A stretch of 64,000 nt of DNA from Candidatus Poribacteria bacterium (GTDB taxonomy: Bacteria; Poribacteria; WGA-4E; WGA-3G), in NCBI GenBank assembly GCA_963663765.2, contig CAXXUA010000005.1, positions 1,248,001-1,312,000 on the forward strand, written 5' to 3'. Shown here one piece after another: positions 54,205 through 61,322 of the stretch; within the stretch, counting starts at the first letter, position 1; each line of letters starts with the position of its first letter. Under the pieces are notes generated by a model. That model saw only the letters and a list, made by a program, of their open reading frames with translations, was not told where the DNA came from and ran no database searches. The position numbers and the translations under genes are program-made.

Positions 54205-55070
54205 TGAACCATAAAGGTGACTTTCTCAGTCTAATAAAACACGCAGACACCTTGCACGGTGATACGAAAGCCACTCATAACGTATCAGATGTCAAGCTAA
54301 ACACAACACTTGACACTTTACAAGAAACAAAAAATGAAATGCGCGACGCTTTTCGGATACCAACGCAAGCACCTACGTTAGAATTTACGGAAGCCACAAC
54401 TGTTGTCGCAATGCGCTACAATGACGGCATTATCATCGCAGGTGATAGACGCGCAACCGCAGGCACTTCCGTCGTTCATGACCGCGCTGAGAAAGTCCTT
54501 CCAATTGATTCACACTCCGTACTCGCAATCTCCGGCGCACCAGCAACGGCTTATGAGATCGCAAGAGTCCTAAAACACTCCTTCCAATATTTTCGACGCA
54601 GCCAACTCCAAGAACTCAGTGTAGAAGGTAAACTCCGAACACTATCCCGACTTATCCGTGAAAATCTGCCAATGGCTATGCAAGGAATCGGGGCGGTGAT
54701 ACCCATCTTCGCTTTATATGCTCCACAAACCAACGAATCTGAAAATGGCGGTAAAATATACTTCTACGACGCACTCGGCGCACACTTTGAAAATGTCGAT
54801 TTCGCTACAACTGGTTCCGGTTCTGTCTGGATACGCGGCGTACTCCGTTACATAGACCGATGGGGGGAAACCCGTTTAGAACAGATGGACCAACGCACTG
54901 CTACTATCACCATTCTAAGACTATTAGACACCGCAAGCGAATATGACGCAGCAACAAGCGGATACAACGCAAAAGCTGAAATCTTCCCAACTATCAAAAC
55001 CATAACACAACAGGGCGTGGAAACACTTCCCGATAAATTCCTAAAAGATTGCTACGCGGAGGCTACATAA
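54204..55070 (+). CDS. prcB: 20S proteasome beta subunit with propeptide
   Basis: TEA|TTVVA (Thr1), AGDRRAT, GSGS, DAATSG. Confidence 0.92.
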   Translation: MNHKGDFLSLIKHADTLHGDTKATHNVSDVKLNTTLDTLQETKNEMRDAFRIPTQAPTLEFTEATTVVAMRYNDGIIIAGDRRATAGTSVVHDRAEKVLPIDSHSVLAISGAPATAYEIARVLKHSFQYFRRSQLQELSVEGKLRTLSRLIRENLPMAMQGIGAVIPIFALYAPQTNESENGGKIYFYDALGAHFENVDFATTGSGSVWIRGVLRYIDRWGETRLEQMDQRTATITILRLLDTASEYDAATSGYNAKAEIFPTIKTITQQGVETLPDKFLKDCYAEAT

Positions 55071-55840
55071 TGCGCGACCTGCCGTATCGTTGGATTGAAG
55101 CAATTCAGGACCGGCGCGACTACATCGAAGACCAACTCAGACTCGGAAGTCCGGTTGTCGGACTACCTTATGCACAAGGCAGCCTCCTATTGACTGTTAC
55201 AAAAGGTGCACAAAAAATATTTGAAGTTCATGACCGAATCGCTCTTTCCGCCATCGGACACCCCGCAGATATTGAACGCCTACGCATGCTCGTAACCGAC
55301 ACAGCAAGCGTACAATCCTTCCAAAGTGCTACCGAAGATGTGAACCTACATAGACTCACACATTATGTCTTAGCACACACTTTCAAACAAGCGTTTGAGG
55401 CAATAGTCGGCGAAGCATACATCATAAAAATGCTACTCGTTGAAATCGGAAATGGTGACGCAAAAACACAATTCACACATATCAACTATGATGGCAACGT
55501 AAAGGTACAACACGAAGCAGCAGTTATTGGCGGCACTTTGGAAATTGAGAATGCAATGCAAGAATACCTGACTGACGCAAAAACCGATTCAGAACGCAAT
55601 CTCAATACAGCACTACAGTTGGCACTCAAAACTTGGGCTGTCGGGAAAGGGCTAAGCAAACGCTTTGAGGACGCAGAAGACAACACTGAAATAACTGACG
55701 AACAGATACACGAAATCATAAATACAGAATTAGAGGAAGGTGAAATTGAGGCGGGGATTTTAGATACAAACCTACCCGCAGATACCAAATTCCGACTGCT
55801 AACACAGGACGAAATACAAACCGCACGCAAAACAGATTGA
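55070..55840 (+). CDS. prcA: 20S proteasome alpha subunit
   Basis: PYRW..DRRDYI..GSPVV, KIFEVHDRIA, YDG; start ATG 55070 after GGAGG. Confidence 0.9.
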   Translation: MRDLPYRWIEAIQDRRDYIEDQLRLGSPVVGLPYAQGSLLLTVTKGAQKIFEVHDRIALSAIGHPADIERLRMLVTDTASVQSFQSATEDVNLHRLTHYVLAHTFKQAFEAIVGEAYIIKMLLVEIGNGDAKTQFTHINYDGNVKVQHEAAVIGGTLEIENAMQEYLTDAKTDSERNLNTALQLALKTWAVGKGLSKRFEDAEDNTEITDEQIHEIINTELEEGEIEAGILDTNLPADTKFRLLTQDEIQTARKTD

Positions 55841-55894
55841 CAACTTCAAAAAAGGATTTTGACCGATAGCCGACTACCAATTGAGGAAAAACCC

Positions 55895-57355
55895 ATGTCA
55901 CACAGAATAATGGGAATCGAAACCGAATTCGGGTGCATGATCCAATCACAAACAATACAGACACAACGCATCAAGGTATCACCTGAAGGAATTGCTGCAC
56001 GTGTCAGAGATTATACATTCAAAACACTTGAACTCGGTATCCCCGATCTCCACTATCGTGATTGGGGTGAACCGCCCGGCAACGGCGGTTTCCTCTTCAA
56101 CGGCGGTAGACTCTATATTGACATGGGGCACCTTGAATATGCCACACCAGAATGTGCAACCCTTTTTGACCTTATCGCTTACGATAAAGCCATTGAACAC
56201 GTCATCACCGCAATCCTACAAGAAACCGGCATTTCCGCACACGTCGCCTTCTACAAAAACAACATTGACCATTACACTGGCGCAACTTTCGGATGCCACG
56301 AAAACTTCCAAGCACGACGCGATGTCCCCTTCTATAAAATCGTCATCCCAACATTGCTACCCTTCTTTGTTACACGACAAATCTTTGCAGGAGCTGGCAG
56401 AGTCGGCGGATACGATGACATACTGGAATTTGGCGAGGGACAATATACCGTAGACGACTTCATCGGATACCAAATCTCACAAAGAGCTGACCACATCGTC
56501 ACCGAAATCTATGAATGGATACAGTTTAGCCGAGCAATCATCAATACACGCGACGAACCGCTCAGTGACTATACTAAATATCGCAGACTCCATCTACTCG
56601 TCGGCGACACCAACATGTCCGAATACGCAAACGCACTGAAGGTCGGAACCACCGCACTCGTCCTTGATGCAATTGAACGATATTATGCACTCTATGGTGA
56701 AAAACTGCCTATACCACATCTTGACCTCTTGGATCCCATAGCCGCAATCAAACATATCTCACGCGATACCTCTCTTGCATGGGAAGTTGAGCTACAGAAC
56801 GGAAAAACTATCTCAGCAATTGACATTCAACGTGAATACCTCAATTTTGTCCAAGATACGTTGATCCATCCTGACGAAACAACGAATTGGATTCTCTCCG
56901 AATGGGAAACCGTGCTGAATGACCTGGAAATAGACTGGACACGCCTCACCACCCGTCTGGATTGGGCAGCAAAAAAATGGTTCCTTGACGCATTAATCAT
57001 AGAAGATGATCTGACATGGGATGACCCATGGCTCAAAAGCCTTGATTTGGAATACCACAATATTGACCCCAATAGTGGTATCTTTTACGCACTTCAAAGC
57101 GAAGGTTGTATGAGACGTGTCATCACCGACCAGCAGATCAACCATGCCATCAGCAACGCCCCCCGTGACACTCGTGCAAGAGTTCGCGGCTATCTCATGC
57201 GAAACCTAAAAAAACAAAAAATGCCATGCATTGTCGACTGGCACCACATCTACGCCGGACAAACAGAGTGCTTTGAGATGAAAGAACCCTTTGACACCTC
57301 AATACCCCAAGCACAAAGATGGCTCAGAACCCTCAGACTCCGACAAAGATTGTAA
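55895..57355 (+). CDS. pafA: PafA-like UBact/Pup-protein ligase
   Basis: GIETEFG, NGGRLYIDMGHLEYATPEC, KNNID, GCHENF, NTRDEP, RLHLLVGD. Confidence 0.9.
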   Translation: MSHRIMGIETEFGCMIQSQTIQTQRIKVSPEGIAARVRDYTFKTLELGIPDLHYRDWGEPPGNGGFLFNGGRLYIDMGHLEYATPECATLFDLIAYDKAIEHVITAILQETGISAHVAFYKNNIDHYTGATFGCHENFQARRDVPFYKIVIPTLLPFFVTRQIFAGAGRVGGYDDILEFGEGQYTVDDFIGYQISQRADHIVTEIYEWIQFSRAIINTRDEPLSDYTKYRRLHLLVGDTNMSEYANALKVGTTALVLDAIERYYALYGEKLPIPHLDLLDPIAAIKHISRDTSLAWEVELQNGKTISAIDIQREYLNFVQDTLIHPDETTNWILSEWETVLNDLEIDWTRLTTRLDWAAKKWFLDALIIEDDLTWDDPWLKSLDLEYHNIDPNSGIFYALQSEGCMRRVITDQQINHAISNAPRDTRARVRGYLMRNLKKQKMPCIVDWHHIYAGQTECFEMKEPFDTSIPQAQRWLRTLRLRQRL

Positions 57356-57436
57356 GAAAATCACACATCCTTGACAGCGGAGAGTTTAAGTATATATAGT
57401 GTTTTAATACTCCTTTTACCCAAACTTTAAACGTCT

Positions 57437-57559
57437 CAGGACTTACGCACACAACGGTAGGCGTGCTTTGTAAGCGCGCCGGAAAACCAGAAATACGCTG
57501 ATAATGGTATCATTTTCATCATAACTATTGATTAAATCAAGAAAACTCCGTAAGTTCTG
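57437..57559 (+). mobile_element. MITE family A copy 5
   Basis: CAGGACTTACGCA..TCCGTAAGTTCTG; 5-bp TSD CGTCT. Confidence 0.88.
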
Positions 57560-57747
57560 CGTCTAATCCCGCTCTATTCAAAGAGAAACAAACAGCAATA
57601 ACACAAAAAGTCACCAATTTCTTCAACCTACGAATACGCGCCAAAGACCTATTACAACAAACCAAATGCACAGTAAAAATCGCAATCAAGCAAGACAAAC
57701 AACCACCAAATTGGTTGGAATCTGTTTCCGAGGTGACTGATATTTAG
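57560..57747 (+). pseudogene. C-terminal remnant resembling a restriction specificity (HsdS-like) subunit
   Basis: EKQTAITQKVTNFFNLRIRAKDLLQQTKCTVKIAIKQDKQPPNWLESVSEVTDI*; 57643-57725 is repeated at 59880-59964. Confidence 0.45.
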
Positions 57748-57791
57748 AATTTGCAATTCAATTGGAAAACAAAACATATCAATATATAATT

Positions 57792-57913
57792 CAGGACTTA
57801 CGCACCCAACGGTAGGCGCGCTTTGTAAGCGCGCTGGAAACCGAAAAAATGCTGAAAATTACACCATTTTCGTCATAATTCTTCATCAAATCATGAAAAC
57901 TGCGTAAGTCCTG
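57792..57913 (+). mobile_element. MITE family A copy 6
   Basis: Perfect 13-bp TIRs; 5-bp TSD TAATT; 122 bp. Confidence 0.9.
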
Positions 57914-57947
57914 TAATTATTACAACAAAAATAAAAGATGAACAATT

Positions 57948-59138
57948 ATGACTAAAGAAAACGTGTTTTTAGAGAACGTTCATATAGAAAACTTTCTGAG
58001 TTTGCATGACGTAACATTGACACTCAAACCCTTGACAGTTCTCGTAGGACCGAACGCAAGCGGAAAATCAAATGTCTTGAGTGCATTGCAGCTCCTGAAT
58101 GTATTGACGAGAGCTGAAGATCCGCCTCCGACTAAATTAATCCAAGATAATTTGTGGGCAGGTGAAGCTAATAATATCACTTTTGAATTACAAGCCAAGG
58201 TTGAATCGACTTTAGCTGCATATAAACTGGAACTTTCTGATAATTCTGACAAGCCTTTTATAGCCGAAAGATTATTGCTAAAGGGTGAAACAGATGTTCA
58301 AGCCATATCAATTTCAAATGGAGAAGGTACTGTTAAGGATGAAGATGGAGATAACGAAGCAATTTACAAATCCAACAAACTCGCTTTGAAGTCAGCAGGT
58401 GATTATGGAAACAAACCAATTACGCTCTCCTTAACTAAGTTTATAAAAGGTTGGGAATTTTATAATTTTGATATAGACTATTTACGAGGAAGTCTTACAC
58501 AATTCTTACCTGAGAATAAGGAGATTCAGCAAGCTCCGAAGCTTGACAGATATGGTCGGAATCTAGCAGACGTGCTTTGGAATTGGCATGAGAATTCTCC
58601 AGAGAGTTTCCAAAATATCAGTGAGTCTCTTGCCTCAATTACGAAACGCAAAATAGACCAATCTCTGATTGGTGGGCAAAACCAACTTTGCCTATTAGAA
58701 GGATATAAAAATCCCATTCCGTTGCGATATGCTTCTGATGGCACACTGCGTGTGGTGGCATATAACATTTTACTCAACGAGCATGAGTTGCCGCCGCTCA
58801 TTGCTATTGAAGAACCAGAGCAGAATCTACATCCTGGCGCATTAACATACATTGCAAATGTGCTTGAGCAAATTGCCGAACGTTCTCAGGTTATTATTAC
58901 AACCCATAGTTCACAATTACTTGATGCCTTTAATCCAGCCAGTTTGTCAGATTCGCTTGGGATTGTATTATTACACAACCGTCCCGGCTCCGGTACAGAG
59001 GCAATCAACCTTGAGAACTGCAGTGATAAAGGTGAAGCACTTCAAGGTTGGATTGCAGATTTTGGTATCGGTAGTGCCATCTTTGATAGTGGACTCCTAC
59101 CAGATGAAATGGAGGATACTGCCGAATGCCAAGTATAA
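57948..59138 (+). CDS. ABC-type (AAA_21) ATPase, putative defence module
   Basis: GPNASGKS, ASDGTLR, IAIEEPE, TTHS. Confidence 0.85.
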   Translation: MTKENVFLENVHIENFLSLHDVTLTLKPLTVLVGPNASGKSNVLSALQLLNVLTRAEDPPPTKLIQDNLWAGEANNITFELQAKVESTLAAYKLELSDNSDKPFIAERLLLKGETDVQAISISNGEGTVKDEDGDNEAIYKSNKLALKSAGDYGNKPITLSLTKFIKGWEFYNFDIDYLRGSLTQFLPENKEIQQAPKLDRYGRNLADVLWNWHENSPESFQNISESLASITKRKIDQSLIGGQNQLCLLEGYKNPIPLRYASDGTLRVVAYNILLNEHELPPLIAIEEPEQNLHPGALTYIANVLEQIAERSQVIITTHSSQLLDAFNPASLSDSLGIVLLHNRPGSGTEAINLENCSDKGEALQGWIADFGIGSAIFDSGLLPDEMEDTAECQV

Positions 59139-59830
59139 GAATCTGGACGTTAGAGTCAGACAACGATGCTTAGGCAGTCAAGTGTTTGGCAAATAAATTG
59201 ACAGAATATTTGAAACTTGAAGCAATATCTATTGATACAACAGGTAAACGTAAACCTTCAATACAACTTAGGAAAGCAATAGATAATTATCTCAAGCGAA
59301 ATGATTGTGTGATTATAATTCTTGATCGAGACGGACCAAGAGCACATCAGCACCGATTACAGAACCCTAATTCGATTATAAATCAGATAAAACAGATAGT
59401 TAACGAACTTCCTGGTAGAGTATTTCTTGTAGAGGCTGTTCAGGAGTTGGAAGCATGGTTACTCATAGATTGCATTGGTATTTTTTGTTATTATGCATCA
59501 AAACGTGCACAGTATAGAGAACACTGCCGTAAAAAAGTATCAGAAAGTCGATCCCTTAAACGTTTCGTAAATCGTTATCAAAAAGATAATACTGAAAAAA
59601 TTGTTGAGTCGGAAATTGGAAGCAAAGGAGTTAAAGAACATCTTATTGACTTCTCCAAGAAGATCCTACTTGTCCTCAACTCCAATATGCCGCTAAAGAA
59701 TGTTAACCGTGAAAAATACAGTCCGGTACGATCTCCTGAAGTCGCCGAATACATTGAAATCAACAGAGAAACCTTGCGGCGCAATAACTCCCTCAAAAAA
59801 CTCTGTAATGTGATAGCACGATTCCAGTGA
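59126..59830 (+). pseudogene. DUF4276/RloB-like TOPRIM-type partner with an in-frame amber at codon 16
   Basis: GGAGG + ATG 59126: MPSIRIWTLESDNDA*AVKCLANK.., TAG at 59171-59173; downstream ILDRD and ELEAWLL. Confidence 0.65.
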
Positions 59831-59879
59831 CGAAACAATATAGTACTGAACAAACAATGACCTACGTGAGAGGAGTAAA

Positions 59880-59964
59880 AAAGACCTATCACAACAAACC
59901 AAATGCACAGTAAAAATTGCAATCAAGCAAGACGAACAACCACCATCAATTGGTTGGATTCTGT
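59880..59964 (+). repeat. Direct repeat of 57643-57725
   Basis: AAAGACCTAT(T/C)ACAACAAACCAAATGCACAGTAAAAAT(C/T)GCAATCAAGCAAGAC(A/G)AACAACCACC..TTGGTTGGA. Confidence 0.9.
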
Positions 59965-59969
59965 GAATA

Positions 59970-60472
59970 GACCTTATTCACATCTGCAGCCTGAATATTA
60001 ACGTTTGAATCTGCTTTATGTTCAACTGGCAACTGACACTGAAAAGCATTGACTATTGTGTTGAGTATGTCTAATCTCGGAGCATCCTCGTTTGAAAGGG
60101 GGTGAGAGAGTTTCAGCATCAATACCCGTTCAATTAGAAGTTCAGAAATCGCAGCTTGTGCTTCTGCAACACCCCGAAGTGCTATCTAGATTGACTCTGT
60201 GTTACCCTCTTCCTTATAGTCCGCTAAGGCTAACTCAAATTAGTACATCGCGAACTCTGTATCTGTAAGGTCTTTTAGAAGGTCGTCTCTAATATAGTAA
60301 AATCTGTAATTATCTTTACACTACTGTAGCATAATCTATTAGGTTGTGCGGAAACGTAGCACAACCTAATAGATTATGCTACAAGTTTTGCTAAACGCGT
60401 AGATCGAAGTGTTCAGGTAATTCTAAATTCTACTTTATTAGTAGTCTGCTTAAGTATTGTTTCCGTTTTCAT
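59970..60472 (-). pseudogene. Addiction-module antidote (HI1420-like HTH) pseudogene split by a MITE
   Basis: SD AAGGAG + ATG 60472; beyond the insert reads RDDLLKDLTDTEFAMY*FELALADYKEEGN..ALRGVAEAQ..LSNEDAPRLDIL with stops and a frameshift. Confidence 0.55.
60291..60440. mobile_element. MITE family B shell containing a perfect 25-bp inverted repeat (REP doublet)
   Basis: AATATAGTAAAATCTGTAATTATCTTTACAC / GTGTTCAGGTAATTCTAAATTCTACTTTATT; arms 60325-60349 and 60359-60383. Confidence 0.75.
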
Positions 60473-60498
60473 TATCCCAGCTCCTTATAGTAAAGCAC

Positions 60499-60633
60499 TT
60501 CTATTCTTATGAAGATTAATAAATAAATTAGGTAATTCCATAATCATGCTCGATACGGTTAGGAAACCGCACCTACCGGGTTTGGGAAAACTAATATTAC
60601 CCGTTTAATTACTTAATCTTCATTAGAATAGAA
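60499..60633. mobile_element. MITE family C shell with an internal REP
   Basis: 21-bp TIR TTCTATTCT(T/A)ATGAAGATTAA; internal CGGTTAGGAAACCGCACCTACC. Confidence 0.7.
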
Positions 60634-60776
60634 ACATAGTGCAAGAACTCTTATCCTGTAAACCTATAAATCCTGAAAATCCTGGTTCAGACAAAGAGGC
60701 AAGCTTGCAAAACCCTACCTCTCAATAGTATAATCCGTTAAGCATAAATCGAGAACAAACCTTCTTTTAATTTTAT

Positions 60777-61070
60777 TATAGTGAAATATACAATTAAGTT
60801 TACACTTGTTCTGTAGGAGCGATCTCCGAATCGCGACTGAACGCCTTGATAGTCGGGAATCGGAGTTCCCTCCTACACCTGAAAGTGTAATAATACCAAT
60901 TCAAATAAATCTTGTCTCATTAAGGAATTCTACTGTTTACTGGCAGGGGGTTAATCTCTTCGGTAGGAGCGACCTCCCGGTCGCGACCGGGAGGTCGCTC
61001 CTACCAGATTTCCGCTGCTAATGAGACATTATCAAACGGAAATGGTATAATAATTCTAAAATCTACTATA
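60777..61070. mobile_element. MITE family B shell with a REP doublet and a second MITE (60893-61049) nested in its right TIR
   Basis: TATAGTGAAAT..ATCTACTATA; inner ATACCAATTC..TTGTCTCATTA / TAATGAGACA..GAAATGGTATA enclosing GGTAGGAGCGACCTCCCGGTCGCGACCGGGAGGTCGCTCCTACC. Confidence 0.7.
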
Positions 61071-61215
61071 AAATCCATAATTACTTGGACACGACGGTAG
61101 GTTCGGTTTCCTAACCGAACCTGTATAAATCCGGCAGAATACGCGTATGGTATTCTGCATTGGTTAGAAACCGCACCTACCAGGGAGTATAGACGTATTT
61201 TTGGATTTCACTATA
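61067..61215. mobile_element. MITE family B shell with a REP doublet carrying a 25-bp hairpin insert
   Basis: AAATCCATAATTACTTGGACAC..TTTGGATTTCACTATA; CGGTAGGTTCGGTTTCCTAACCGAAC..[GCAGAATACGCGTATGGTATTCTGC]..GGTTAGAAACCGCACCTACC. Confidence 0.6.
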
Positions 61216-61322
61216 AATCACGTTTCTCTCCTTTACGGAATTATGCAACCGTTTTACATATAATTTGCGTCAGTATATTACAATATGTGAATAATCAAGT
61301 TAGCACTTATAGGTGTCACGCT

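Noticed and set aside
43344-59173. Amber (TAG) recoding suggested by two in-frame TAG interruptions (43344 and 59171)
   Set aside because: rpmH, ispH, the ROK kinase and arc end at TAG at their expected lengths, and the 42.9-kb gene also has a frameshift; pseudogenisation is the simpler explanation.
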